Shown: piece by piece, positions 42,911-53,844 of the stretch | How positions within the stretch are numbered: position 1 is the first letter of the stretch | How the letters are laid out: every line of letters begins with the position of its first letter | Source of the DNA: Gammaproteobacteria bacterium | Lineage (GTDB): Bacteria > Pseudomonadota > Gammaproteobacteria > JBCCGL01 | Direction of reading: 5' to 3' | Length of the DNA: 64,000 nucleotides | Assembly (NCBI GenBank): GCA_965277715.1 | Contig: OZ255836.1 | Location: 2,144,001-2,208,000, forward strand | Translations under genes and position numbers: made by a program | Notes under the pieces: model-generated | What the model was told of the DNA's origin: nothing | The model's input: only the letters and a program-made list of their open reading frames with translations | Databases searched by the model: none

Positions 42911-43831
42911 GTGAATATCCAGTGGTACCCCGGTCATATGCACAAGGCGAAAAAGGAGATCGCCAAACGGGTTGCGCAGGTGGATGTACTTATCGAGGTG
43001 CTCGATGCACGCATTCCGTTCAGCAGTGAAAACCCCATGCTGGCGGAGTTGCGCGGTGATAAGCCCTGCATCAAGGTGCTCAATAAAACCGATCTGGCTG
43101 ATGCGGCCATGACCACTTTGTGGCAGGCCCACTTTGAGCAAACTGATCATGTGAAAACGGTGGCACTGTGTGGCAGGGAAAAGCCCAGCGCCAGTACACT
43201 GGTTGCCACATGTAAAGACCTGTTACCTCACAAACTCGGCGCCATCCGGGGGATTCAAACATTGATTGCAGGCATTCCCAATGTCGGCAAATCGACCCTG
43301 ATTAATTTGCTAGCCGGTAAGTCAATTGCCAAAACGGGCAATGAGCCAGCGATTACCAAGTTGCAGCAGCGTATTGATTTACACAATGGCATTGTGTTGT
43401 TCGATACCCCCGGTGTGCTGTGGCCCAATGTCGAGAACCGCAATAGTGGTTTCCGCCTGGCGGCTACTGGGGCGATTAAAGATACTGCAATGGAATACGA
43501 AGAGGTCGCCTTGTTTGTTATCGAAGCACTAAACACACGCTACCCGGCGACATTGGCTGCGCGCTATAAGCTACCGTCAACCCCAGCGCGCAGCGTGGAT
43601 ATTCTGGAGGCAGTAGGCAGAGCGCGAGGCTGCCTGGTGCGCGGAGGGGAAGTCGATTGGCAGCGTGCGGCCAAAATTCTGGTCAATGATTTACGCACCG
43701 GATCGCTTGGGCAGTTGACACTGGAAACCCCCGAAGACAAACACAAGGAGCTGGAGGAATTGGTTATGATCCGTGCAGAAAAAGCCGAAAGGAAAGCAAA
43801 TCGAAGCGCACGGCACAAGCGGCGAAAATAG
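42911..43831 (+). CDS. rbgA: Ribosome biogenesis GTPase RbgA/YlqF
   Basis: IQWYPGHM, NKTD, GIPNVGKS and DTPG motifs (circularly permuted GTPase). Confidence 0.93.
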   Translation: MNIQWYPGHMHKAKKEIAKRVAQVDVLIEVLDARIPFSSENPMLAELRGDKPCIKVLNKTDLADAAMTTLWQAHFEQTDHVKTVALCGREKPSASTLVATCKDLLPHKLGAIRGIQTLIAGIPNVGKSTLINLLAGKSIAKTGNEPAITKLQQRIDLHNGIVLFDTPGVLWPNVENRNSGFRLAATGAIKDTAMEYEEVALFVIEALNTRYPATLAARYKLPSTPARSVDILEAVGRARGCLVRGGEVDWQRAAKILVNDLRTGSLGQLTLETPEDKHKELEELVMIRAEKAERKANRSARHKRRK

Positions 43832-43838
43832 AGGCGTT

Positions 43839-44309
43839 TTAAGAGGCCCCTGCCGCCCAATGCAACGGCGCACGCCCCTCACCTGCCAAACGAATAATGG
43901 CACAAGGAGAGGTGATGACCGCAGCGGCGATAGCCTGTGGTGCACGCAGAATCAAATCAGGTATCCAGCGGCCATTTTTCCAGTGTGCGAAAGGTGTTTG
44001 CAGCACAAACTCATACCCCGCCGATGGTCTTTGCCCCGCGTTAATCAGGTAGAACGTTCCACCCTCAAATAACGGGGGTGGAACGCTTTTTGTTGGCAGA
44101 CCAAGCGATTCTACACGGGTGGCGCTATGCCAGTCTTCGCCGTCGGTAATAGGCCGAACCGATGCCGTATCAGCCATACAATGGGCACCTTGAAAAACCA
44201 GTTCCACATTTACCGGTAACGGCGTCGCGTTGACCTGTTCAGCACTGGAGCAGGCGGCAAGCCAGCCCACACAACACAACACCAGCGAAAATATAAATCG
44301 TACTCTCAC
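43839..44309 (-). CDS. PrcB C-terminal domain lipoprotein (protease complex subunit)
   Basis: LAAC lipobox and GQRPSAGY...AVITSP; start overlaps the protease stop. Confidence 0.75.
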   Translation of the reverse strand: MRVRFIFSLVLCCVGWLAACSSAEQVNATPLPVNVELVFQGAHCMADTASVRPITDGEDWHSATRVESLGLPTKSVPPPLFEGGTFYLINAGQRPSAGYEFVLQTPFAHWKNGRWIPDLILRAPQAIAAAVITSPCAIIRLAGEGRAPLHWAAGAS

Positions 44310-47300
44310 TGACGATGCACCTGTCTTCGCCCATTTCCAGTAAGTTGCTTGACAGGGCTAGCAGCAAACACCTGAGTCGCAGTGCTAACATTGACACCGT
44401 TTAGCACGGCCGATCCAAAATTTACATCATTGCGATTACTGTTTAATGCCAGTGACTGCAATTCATTCAGCGTCGGGAAGCCGCCACAGGTTTCACCAAT
44501 ATCACAAATAAATAGATCGTTATCGACATCTGAACCCGCAACCACGCGGTAATTACCCGCAGACAGATTATTAAACTGGTAGGTATAAGTACCGTCACTG
44601 TTCACCGAACTGCGCACTTCGTCCACGGGACGGTTGCGTTCATCCAATAACAGAAAATACAAAACGCCCGTATCGCCCGTACCTGTGAGCGCGGTACCCA
44701 CCTCCACAGTGACGTCAACCGTTAGATTCACATTATTGGAGGTGGTAAAGGTGACCTGGGCATTGTGCAACCCCACAGCCAGTCCTGTACGGTTAACATT
44801 CAACCGATAGGTACCTATACCCTGCGCATTGGCGGCACTGGCATCCACTGTTAAAAACGTTGCATTGTCAGTCACGCCGGTAATGGTCGGTGGGGAATTA
44901 CCCACCTGGGATACCGTAATATTGGTCGATGTGTTAGTGCGACCAAAATCAAACCGCGAGGGACTGACCAGTATATTCCCCGGTATTGTGCCTGTGCCCC
45001 CAGCCAACTGCTGAGCTACCTGAACAGCGCTGAGGGCATTGATCAGGCCATGCCCGAATATATCATCACGGCCTGTAGCACCCAGATCGGTGGTGATACT
45101 GCCATTGGCCAAGGCGGCATCCACCTCAGCGGGTGTCAGCGACGGGTGCACAGCTTTCATCAGCGCCAGCACACCCGCCATATGGGGGGATGACATTGAT
45201 GTGCCTTGATAAAACCGATACGTATCCTGCAATGTGCCGGTTTGGCCATTCACCAGCGTACTCAGCACACCATCAGGAAAACCATTCCCGTCGGTGTCGA
45301 TCGATGTGTTACCACCCGGTGCCGCCACATCCACAGTCGTACCAAAATTCGAATAAGGGGCACGATTATTACGCAAATCTGTAGCGGCAACAGAAATCAC
45401 ACCATTATAGGAAGCCGGATATGACAATGTACTGGTATTTTCATTACCTGCCGCCGCCGCAACCAATACACCCGCAGCACGCACTTGATCAAAGGTATTC
45501 TGTTCGGTTTGGCTAAAGCCTCCCCCTCCCAGGCTGAGGTTGATAATATCGGCACGCCGTGGGGGTAGCGTATTACTGGAATTACTCAAACCTGCCGCGT
45601 AACGCACGCCCTGATCCACGTCAAAAGAGGTGCCGCCACCACTGCCCAGCGCACGAATAGGCATAATCTGTGCCCCCCAGGAAACACCGGCAACCCCAAT
45701 CGTATTGTTAGACGCCGCACCCACAGTGCCCGAAACATGCGTACCATGCCAGGAGGCCAGTGACAGGTTGCTATTGTCCCCTGGGTCATCCGGGTTGTTG
45801 TCTATACCATCACCATCGCGGGCGCTGGCCGCAGAGCTAATAAAATCGTAACCGGCAACCAGTTTTCCGGCAAAGTCCTGGTGGTTGAGCACTACGCCGG
45901 TATCCACTACCGCGACGATCACGCTACCACTGACAGGGGTGCCGGTGGTGATGTCCCAGGCCTGCGGTAAGTTGATTTGCGGGTAGTGCCATTGCAGGTT
46001 ATAGAACTGATCGTTGGGGGTCAGTAACGGGTAGCGACGATAATTGGGTTCTGCATACTCGACATCATCGCGCTGATTCAGCGTCTTGATCATATTCAGG
46101 GTTTCCATTTTTGTCCTGTTTTCCGGGCTGAGAGCCGCCGCCGACAGACCACTGATATTGAGCGGGGTGCCGCCCAGCGTTGCCAACATAGACTGCATGC
46201 CCGCTGGAGGTGCTCTCATCAGTACAGCGTCGGTGGTCTGCTCATTGCTGAAGGTGGCGATGCCCTGCCCCGTAAGCGTTTTCGCCGCGACAGGGTTGTT
46301 AAACTTTACAATGGATTCACCCGGTATAAAATCCATCGACCCACCTGCTGCAACAGGCGCTGGCGCCAGTGATTGCGAGCCGATGCTCAATACATATTTG
46401 CTCCGCCCCCTGATCGACTGTACCCGGATAGTATAACTACCACTGGCTGACACCCGTACCGATTCAAACTGAGTGTTAGTGCTCGATTGCGCTACAACAT
46501 TGCCGGCGCTGTTAAACAGTGTTAAGTCAATATCCACGCTCGTGCTGTTTGCTGCATTGAAGTCCACCACCCGCAATGAGACAAACTGCCCGGCTAACAA
46601 AGTAGCCGTATAATAATCGTTGATATCTGACTGTGATCGAAACCGGTCATCGGCACGGGAGGTTGCAAAGCGGGTAACATAGCCATTGAGCTGTAGAGGT
46701 GCAGGCACCGACTGTGCGGTAGCCATTGTATTATTTGCCACCAGTGTGGCAAACGGATCATTAACATCGCCATCGACTGCGGTATTTACCGCCGCTGTTA
46801 CCGTCCCACCCAACGAGAAACCACTGCTTTGAGGGGGATTTACAGTGATACTGACGCTATCGCTGGCACTCGCCTGCTGGTTATCGGTTACTGTAAGCTG
46901 AAAATTCAGAACAGTAGGCGTGGTCACCATCGGTGCGGTAAAACCGGCACTGCCGGATGCGGGATTGCTGCTTAGCGTCACACTGTCGCCACTGAGCTGT
47001 GACCATTGATAACTGGTGATAACGCCATCGCTATCGCTACTGGCGGTACCATTGAGGGTAACGGTAATCGGCCCGTTAACCGATTGATCTTCGCCGGCAT
47101 TAGCCGTAGGGGGAGTATTGGATGGGTTGACAATAACATTCACACTGTCGGTCGCTGTCCCCCCTTCATTATCGGTAACCGTCAATTGGAAGCTCAGGGT
47201 GGTCGGAGTGGTAATCGTCAATGCTGTTGGGGCAAAGCTGGGGCTGATCGTACCGGCGTTAGTCAGCGTCACACTACTGCCACTGGTTTGTACCCACGCA

Positions 47301-48550
47301 TAACCAGATGCCGGAATCGAACCATCCCCATCACTACTGGCCACTCCTGTCAGGGTGACGCTCTGTGTTTGCACGTTAGTTGTCTGGTCAGGCCCCGCAT
47401 TAGCAATTGGGTTTGCATTCACCGGGTTGACCGTGATACTCACACTGTCGGTGGCGGTTCCACCCTCGTTATCGGTGACCGTCAATTGCACAGTCAATGT
47501 TGTGGCAGTACTCAATGTTGGCGCAACAAAGCTGGGCGTGGCAGTGTTTGCATTGGCTATAACCACACCACTATTGGTCGTTTCTGTCCACTGGTAACGG
47601 CTAACCTGGCCATCACTGTCACTGCTGCCTGCCCCCGTTAAGGCAACCCTGACACCTTCATTGACCACTTGATCAGGCCCGGCATTGGCAGTGGGAGACG
47701 CATTCACAGGGTTGACCGTGATACTGACACTGTCTGTATTAGTGGCACCGGCATTATCAGTTACCGTCAGTTGAAAAGTCAGTGTCGTGGCTGCGGTTAA
47801 CGTCGGCGCGGTAAAACTGGGGGTGGCCGTATTGGCGTTGCTTAGCTGGGCACCATTACTCGTGGTTTCCACCCAGGCGTAGCTGGCGATGGTGCCATCA
47901 CTATCGGTACTATTGGCACCTGACAGGGTAACGGTGGTTTGCTCATCGACAACCTGGTCGGGTCCGGCACTGGCGACTGGCGTATCGGTGTTGATAAAAC
48001 TGATATTCATCGCTTGCAACTGCACCGCAAGGTGGGCGCGGGCGTCTGATTCAGTGGTCAATGTGGCGCTGACACTCGCCAGTAGATTGATGATATTGGT
48101 GTCCGCGCTGAAAGCCGCTGGCGATTGATCCAGATTGATCGTGGGGTTAGTGCCCGCCAGAGACCCCGGTAGCATAATAGTGTCATTCGTGGCATTGGTA
48201 TTCAGTGACAATAACAAGCGCGCCAGATTAACCACCCGACGATCGGCAACATTGGTGGTGTTAAAGAGATCCAATAAGGTGATTATCGCCTGCCCCGGAT
48301 TGTTACCAAGGGTTGTACCACCGATCATAAAGGTGACCATATCCCCAGTCTGGTAGGTAAACTCCCCACTGGCATTGGTTATACCGGTTGTGCCAGAGCT
48401 GGTCATATATTCCAAACCGCCAACAGGGCTGTCGATAATCACGCCCGTTGCCGTTGTCGATGTCGATGAACCACCGCCACCACAGGCACTGAGCAGCACA
48501 ACAGAAATCAATACAATAAACAACTGACGATAATCATTAACGGTACGCAT
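44306..48550 (-). CDS. Large S8 subtilase lipoprotein with four PKD/Ig-like repeats and a PPC-like domain
   Basis: LSAC lipobox; four A(N/S)AG(P/E)DQ...LTVTDN repeats; triad VDTG / HGTHVSG / GTSMSSPH. Confidence 0.92.
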   Translation of the reverse strand: MRTVNDYRQLFIVLISVVLLSACGGGGSSTSTTATGVIIDSPVGGLEYMTSSGTTGITNASGEFTYQTGDMVTFMIGGTTLGNNPGQAIITLLDLFNTTNVADRRVVNLARLLLSLNTNATNDTIMLPGSLAGTNPTINLDQSPAAFSADTNIINLLASVSATLTTESDARAHLAVQLQAMNISFINTDTPVASAGPDQVVDEQTTVTLSGANSTDSDGTIASYAWVETTSNGAQLSNANTATPSFTAPTLTAATTLTFQLTVTDNAGATNTDSVSITVNPVNASPTANAGPDQVVNEGVRVALTGAGSSDSDGQVSRYQWTETTNSGVVIANANTATPSFVAPTLSTATTLTVQLTVTDNEGGTATDSVSITVNPVNANPIANAGPDQTTNVQTQSVTLTGVASSDGDGSIPASGYAWVQTSGSSVTLTNAGTISPSFAPTALTITTPTTLSFQLTVTDNEGGTATDSVNVIVNPSNTPPTANAGEDQSVNGPITVTLNGTASSDSDGVITSYQWSQLSGDSVTLSSNPASGSAGFTAPMVTTPTVLNFQLTVTDNQQASASDSVSITVNPPQSSGFSLGGTVTAAVNTAVDGDVNDPFATLVANNTMATAQSVPAPLQLNGYVTRFATSRADDRFRSQSDINDYYTATLLAGQFVSLRVVDFNAANSTSVDIDLTLFNSAGNVVAQSSTNTQFESVRVSASGSYTIRVQSIRGRSKYVLSIGSQSLAPAPVAAGGSMDFIPGESIVKFNNPVAAKTLTGQGIATFSNEQTTDAVLMRAPPAGMQSMLATLGGTPLNISGLSAAALSPENRTKMETLNMIKTLNQRDDVEYAEPNYRRYPLLTPNDQFYNLQWHYPQINLPQAWDITTGTPVSGSVIVAVVDTGVVLNHQDFAGKLVAGYDFISSAASARDGDGIDNNPDDPGDNSNLSLASWHGTHVSGTVGAASNNTIGVAGVSWGAQIMPIRALGSGGGTSFDVDQGVRYAAGLSNSSNTLPPRRADIINLSLGGGGFSQTEQNTFDQVRAAGVLVAAAAGNENTSTLSYPASYNGVISVAATDLRNNRAPYSNFGTTVDVAAPGGNTSIDTDGNGFPDGVLSTLVNGQTGTLQDTYRFYQGTSMSSPHMAGVLALMKAVHPSLTPAEVDAALANGSITTDLGATGRDDIFGHGLINALSAVQVAQQLAGGTGTIPGNILVSPSRFDFGRTNTSTNITVSQVGNSPPTITGVTDNATFLTVDASAANAQGIGTYRLNVNRTGLAVGLHNAQVTFTTSNNVNLTVDVTVEVGTALTGTGDTGVLYFLLLDERNRPVDEVRSSVNSDGTYTYQFNNLSAGNYRVVAGSDVDNDLFICDIGETCGGFPTLNELQSLALNSNRNDVNFGSAVLNGVNVSTATQVFAASPVKQLTGNGRRQVHRQ

Positions 48551-48671
48551 GGCATTTTCCTGTGGTGTATTTCATTTATTCTGCAAATCACAAAACACCG
48601 TGATGTGACTGCAAGTGTTTATATTCTCAAGTGTTTATACTTTAAATCACAATAAGCTATTTAATCAAACG

Positions 48672-49112
48672 CTATAAGGGATCGGCGGCGAGCGGTTCAT
48701 CCGGTACCCAGACATAACCATCCGGGTCGACCAGGTACACTTCCCGCACTCCATGCGGTTTATCGCTGGCACCATCGAGCACTGTATAGCCGTATTTTCG
48801 CGCCGAGGCTTCAGCACTGTCTGGGTTACAGTGGTGCAAACGCAACTCCACACCACCGCCACGCACCGGTAAATCATCGACAGCCCCACGTAGTGGGTGG
48901 CGGGAATAAGTGCTGTCGGCGTGCAGCATCCAACTGGCACCAAAGCCCTGCATGGCGGCGAACTCACTGTCGCTATACACGACTTCAGCACCCAGTACCT
49001 CACATTGAAAATGCAGACTGGCATCGATATCTTTAACCAACAGATTAATACTCAAGCCCGTCAATGCGCGGCCATACGCCATAGCATCAGGCTTCTCACT
49101 CATGGCCACCAC
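48672..49112 (-). CDS. VOC/glyoxalase family protein
   Basis: DKPHGVREVYLVDPDGYVW motif. Confidence 0.85.
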   Translation of the reverse strand: MVAMSEKPDAMAYGRALTGLSINLLVKDIDASLHFQCEVLGAEVVYSDSEFAAMQGFGASWMLHADSTYSRHPLRGAVDDLPVRGGGVELRLHHCNPDSAEASARKYGYTVLDGASDKPHGVREVYLVDPDGYVWVPDEPLAADPL

Positions 49113-49387
49113 CCCATAATTTCACTTCGTTACCGAACCACTGGTTATAGAGCGCACCAAATACTGGAAGGTTCACTATCACTGTGCAACTTCCAGATAC
49201 TGTGAACTATGTCCTATATTTTTTTAACTTATCGAAACAATGAACGCAACACACGCCAGGGGTTTCTAAACACCCCCTCAAAGAATCTATTGAATCTATC
49301 GGGAATCTATCGGAGACGGGCACTTCCTACTTCTTTCTACTTTCTATGCCCCGGCAATTTAAGGCATAAATGGCAATTCCATTGATA

Positions 49388-52300
49388 TTATTCAGAAATA
49401 TCACTTTTATGCCGCGCCGGATAAACCATCCGAAACAAGCGCTGAATATCTTCCATAATCAAGTAATTGGCAGGCACCAATACAAGCGTAATCAGCGTGG
49501 CAAATAAAATACCAAACCCCAGTGATACCGCCATCGGGATTAAAAACTGCGCCTGGGTGCTTTTGTCAAACAACAGCGGCATCAAGCCTGCAAACGTGGT
49601 CAGCGAGGTCAATATAATCGCCCGGAACCGCGCCACACCGGCATTGCGCACAGCGTCCATCATATCGATGCCTTTTGCACGCTGGCGGTTGATGTAGTCG
49701 ACCAGCACCAGGCTGTCGTTAACCACGATGCCACTCAGGGCGAGTATGCCCAGCAGGCTGGTAATCGAAAGCGCCATGCCCATCAGCAGGTGCCCCAGAA
49801 TTGCACCAATTAAGCTAAAGGGGATGATGGTCATCACCACCAGGGGTTGTAAGTAAGAGCGAAACGGAATCGCCAGCAAGGCGTAGATAACACACAACAC
49901 ACCGGCAACCCCGGTAAAGATTGTTGTCAGGGTTTCGCGCTGTTCTTTAGCTTCGCCCTCCAATGACCAGGCAATCTGGGGGTGTGCAGACACCAGCTCC
50001 GCCAGGAATGTATTGAGGTCACGCTTAATGGCGTCTATATCGGCGGTGTCTTTGTTGGCATCGGCGGTCACGTTGAGCGTGCGCTTGCGGTCGATGCGGT
50101 AGAGCACCGATGGCCCGCGTGCACTGCTGATACGCGCCACTTCGGTAAACGGCACTTCGGTGCCATCGGCGCTGCGGATCATCATGTTTTCCAGGTTACT
50201 CAGTGAGCGCCGCTGCCCGGCGGGGTAGCGCAACATGACTTTGACTTCATCCCGCTCGCGTTGCAGGCGCTGTATTTCATAACCAAAGAACGCCTGGCGC
50301 ACTTGTACCGCCAAATCGTCGAGCTGGATACCGAGCAGGCTGGCCTGCGGGCGCAACACTAATTCGACCTCTTGTTTGCCGCTGCTAAAGCTGTCGGCGA
50401 TATCAAACAGGTCTGGGTAGGTTTTCAGTTGTTCGCGGGTTTTCTTTGCCAGCGCTGCCATCAGCGCCATGTCGCTACCGGTAAACTGGATATCGATAGG
50501 GTCGCCACCACGGCCAATTTCAGCGCGGTAATTGAGTGATTCAGCACCGGGTATCGGCCCAATAAGGCGCCGCCATTCACGTACCAGCTCCGCGCTGGTT
50601 ATCGTCGAGCTACGGTGTTCCGGGGCAACGATTTCAAACACCACCCGGCCACGGTTCGAGGCGCCCGCCCCAGTACCACCGCCCGAACCACTGGTAGAGA
50701 GAATATCGCGGATAACACTCTCGCCACTTTCAGGGTCGCTATGCCGTTGACGCAATTCTATGGCCGCCAGGGTCATGCGCTGGATGTGCCCATCGGTCAC
50801 CTCAAACGGTGTACCAGCGGGCATAATCAACGAGGCCCGGGCTGTTTCACTCTGCACCCTGGGGAAGAAGACAAACCGCATCCAACCACTGACAACCAGG
50901 CTCACTGTAATAGCCAGCACGGCGATAAACACCGCGACTGTCGTGTAGCGATGGCGAATACAGACGCCCAATACGGGTTGATAGACGGTCGCTACCAGCC
51001 GTTCAAAACCATCGGCGATACTCTCTTGCAGGCGGCTTAGCCAGTTTTGTCGCTGTGAGGCGGTGCGTGGGGTGGTGTATTTGAGGTGCGCGGGCAGCAC
51101 CAGCTTGGATTCGATGAGTGAAAACAGTAACACCGGGATGACAACTGCGGGGATTTGCGCCCACACGGCACCCCGGTATCCCCCGACCAATGCCAGCGGC
51201 ACAAACGCCACCGCCGTGGTCAGCACGCCAAAGGTGACGGGCACGGCCACTTCGCGGGTGCCTTCAATCGCGGCCTGCAGTGAGGGCACACCCCGCCGCA
51301 TATGGGTGTAAATGTTTTCCCCGGTGACGATGGCATCGTCGACAACAATCCCCAGGACGACGATAAATGCGAACAGTGACACCAGGTTCATGCTGACACC
51401 GAGTAACGCCAATATCATAAAGCTGCCGAGGAAGGAGATAGGAATGCCCAGCGTGACCCAGAACGCCACCGAAGGGCGCAGAAATAAGGTCAGCAGCAAG
51501 ACCACTAAAAACCCGCCCTGCAGGGCATTGCTGAGCAGGGTGCTCAGGCGCGCCTTGACAATTTTTGAGCGGTCGCGCCAGTATTTCATCTCGACGCGCT
51601 GGGGCAGCCACTGCACTGCATCGACATAGTCGCGCACCGCTGCGGCCACTTCGATGGCGCTTTGCTGGCCAACGCGGTAAACCTCTAAAATGACGGCGGG
51701 CTGACCGTTAAACTGGGTGTTGATCGGCGCCTCATCAAAGGTATCGCGCACGTTGGCGATATCACCGAGCCGCAGTTGCGTGCCGTCTTCACCGCTGAGT
51801 ATGACGATTTGCTCAAACGCCTCGCTGTCATAGGCCTGCCCACGGGTGCGCAACAGCAACTCACCTCCGGCCGTGCGCAGGTTGCCCGCCGAGACATTCA
51901 GTGAACCCCTGCGCACGGCATTGGCCACCTGCTCCATGCTCAGGGCGTATTCGCGCAGGCTGCGCTCGGAGATTTCGATGGCTATTTCCAGTGGCCGCAC
52001 CGCTTCCAGATCGACCTGGGTAACGATTGGCAGGGCGAGCAGATCGTCGCGCACCCGCTCACCCAGTTGGCGCAGCTCCCGTTCACTGAGCGGGCCAGCG
52101 ACCACAACACTAATGACTTCCCGGCGACTGACAAACTGCGTCAGAACGGGGCGCTCAACATCACCGGGAAACGTGTTGATGGCATCGATACGGGTGCGCA
52201 ATGTGTCCAGCACTCTGCGTGAGTCCTGACCACTGGCTATGTCGATGGTAATACTGCTGCTGTTCTCCAGCGAGCGCGAGCGGATTTCTTCAATACCATC

Positions 52301-52519
52301 GACATCCTGAATCGCCTCTTCGATACGGATAGTGATCGATTCCTCCACCTCCTCGGGGGTTGCACCGGGGTAGACTGTATTAACCGAGATGCTGTCCAGC
52401 TCGACGCTGGGAAAGACTTCCAATGGGGTGCGCTGCAACATCGACCAGGTGCCGATGCTGAGAATGCCAAGCATCAGTAAATTGGCCGCGACGTGATTGC
52501 GGGCGAACCATTCGATCAC
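49388..52519 (-). CDS. RND efflux transporter permease (AcrB/AcrD/AcrF family)
   Basis: 1043 aa; GIVVDDAIV, GIVVNDSLV and RFRAIILTSLTT motifs. Confidence 0.95.
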   Translation of the reverse strand: MIEWFARNHVAANLLMLGILSIGTWSMLQRTPLEVFPSVELDSISVNTVYPGATPEEVEESITIRIEEAIQDVDGIEEIRSRSLENSSSITIDIASGQDSRRVLDTLRTRIDAINTFPGDVERPVLTQFVSRREVISVVVAGPLSERELRQLGERVRDDLLALPIVTQVDLEAVRPLEIAIEISERSLREYALSMEQVANAVRRGSLNVSAGNLRTAGGELLLRTRGQAYDSEAFEQIVILSGEDGTQLRLGDIANVRDTFDEAPINTQFNGQPAVILEVYRVGQQSAIEVAAAVRDYVDAVQWLPQRVEMKYWRDRSKIVKARLSTLLSNALQGGFLVVLLLTLFLRPSVAFWVTLGIPISFLGSFMILALLGVSMNLVSLFAFIVVLGIVVDDAIVTGENIYTHMRRGVPSLQAAIEGTREVAVPVTFGVLTTAVAFVPLALVGGYRGAVWAQIPAVVIPVLLFSLIESKLVLPAHLKYTTPRTASQRQNWLSRLQESIADGFERLVATVYQPVLGVCIRHRYTTVAVFIAVLAITVSLVVSGWMRFVFFPRVQSETARASLIMPAGTPFEVTDGHIQRMTLAAIELRQRHSDPESGESVIRDILSTSGSGGGTGAGASNRGRVVFEIVAPEHRSSTITSAELVREWRRLIGPIPGAESLNYRAEIGRGGDPIDIQFTGSDMALMAALAKKTREQLKTYPDLFDIADSFSSGKQEVELVLRPQASLLGIQLDDLAVQVRQAFFGYEIQRLQRERDEVKVMLRYPAGQRRSLSNLENMMIRSADGTEVPFTEVARISSARGPSVLYRIDRKRTLNVTADANKDTADIDAIKRDLNTFLAELVSAHPQIAWSLEGEAKEQRETLTTIFTGVAGVLCVIYALLAIPFRSYLQPLVVMTIIPFSLIGAILGHLLMGMALSITSLLGILALSGIVVNDSLVLVDYINRQRAKGIDMMDAVRNAGVARFRAIILTSLTTFAGLMPLLFDKSTQAQFLIPMAVSLGFGILFATLITLVLVPANYLIMEDIQRLFRMVYPARHKSDISE

Positions 52520-52564
52520 GGTCGGTAGCCTGTCAGGTGTTGCAGCATATTAGTGCGCCACACC

Positions 52565-53737
52565 TTAATGCGCCACACCGGGGTAATCGATACGTGTGCC
52601 CGATACGGCATCCCCCAATGGCGTGGTAATCAATAATTCGCCGTCCACAAGCCCTTTATCAATCACCGCATCCCGCTCATCACGCCACACTACCGATACC
52701 TGACGGCGGGTGACCTGCCCATCGATGGCGAGTAGTACCTGATCGCCCTGCAACAGCAAACGGCGCGGAATAACATACACATCATCGAGCTTGTCAGCCG
52801 TGATGCCCGCTTCGACAAACTGGCCAATTTTAGGTAACGGCCACTCGCTGTCGCTATTACCAAATGGCGTTTGGATTTCACCCACAACAAACAGTTGCCG
52901 GGTGCTGGTATCAATTTCACTCTCGGTGCGCACAATCTGGCCAGGGTATTGCCAACGCCGCCCCCCCTGTTCGATAAAAAAGTCTACCGGCGTAAAAAAC
53001 GCCTCATCCGATTGCTCATCGCGGCGGCGCTCCGGCAATCGGATATGTGCTAACTGTGCGCTGTTGAGCGGCAGGCGCACCTCCAACACATCGCTGGCAA
53101 AGATGTTTGCCAGCGATGTGCCCGCCGCCACGTATTGACCCACATCGACCTGGGTGTTCTGCACACGGCCATCGTAGGGGGCGATAATGTTTGTTCGCCG
53201 CAGGTCAAGTTTGGTGCGTTCCACTTGTGCCTCAGCGGCGAGTACCTCCGCTTTCGCCGCCTCGGCCTGCGGGATACGTAACACCAGTGCATTGGGTTTG
53301 TTCTTACGGTTTAGGCTTTTCCACTCTTCGGCGGCTTGTTTGCCACGCGCTCTTTCCTCGGCCAGGGCGGCACGGGCTTTTAGTAGCGGTGCCTCGGCGT
53401 TGCGCACCGCAATCCGGTAATCACTGTCGTCGATGCGCAGCAGGCGGTCTCCCTTGGAAAAATACCCACCGTTGTGGAAAGCCTCCGCCACCTCCACCAC
53501 CATGCCCGATACCTGGGGTATCAGTGTCGTCTGCGTGCGCGGCGTCAAGGTACCAAAGGTGCGCAACACAATCTGGTAATGGCGCGACTGCATCGCCTGC
53601 ACCTCTACCGGCGTGGCCAGGGAACGGGCAGGTGGCGCCTTTGCAGCACGGGGGGGGTTGCTGATAATGTCTCTGACGATGAAATACCCACCAGTCAATA
53701 TCAGCACGGGAAGTAAAATTTGAATCAACAGACGCAC
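52565..53737 (-). CDS. RND periplasmic adaptor (MFP)
   Basis: PQVSG lipoyl-like segment, IIAPYDG and a coiled hairpin. Confidence 0.92.
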   Translation of the reverse strand: MRLLIQILLPVLILTGGYFIVRDIISNPPRAAKAPPARSLATPVEVQAMQSRHYQIVLRTFGTLTPRTQTTLIPQVSGMVVEVAEAFHNGGYFSKGDRLLRIDDSDYRIAVRNAEAPLLKARAALAEERARGKQAAEEWKSLNRKNKPNALVLRIPQAEAAKAEVLAAEAQVERTKLDLRRTNIIAPYDGRVQNTQVDVGQYVAAGTSLANIFASDVLEVRLPLNSAQLAHIRLPERRRDEQSDEAFFTPVDFFIEQGGRRWQYPGQIVRTESEIDTSTRQLFVVGEIQTPFGNSDSEWPLPKIGQFVEAGITADKLDDVYVIPRRLLLQGDQVLLAIDGQVTRRQVSVVWRDERDAVIDKGLVDGELLITTPLGDAVSGTRIDYPGVAH

Positions 53738-53844
53738 AGTGAAGTTTAGCCCGGTTCCTTAAACCTAAATTTAAGTTGGCAATACTACCAAAGTGCGCCT
53801 TTCAGAGTGATACTGTTTATCCACTTGTTAACCAACCTTACCGA

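Noticed and set aside
49388-53737. RND pump lacking an outer-membrane factor
   Set aside because: A common arrangement; a TolC-like channel is usually encoded elsewhere.
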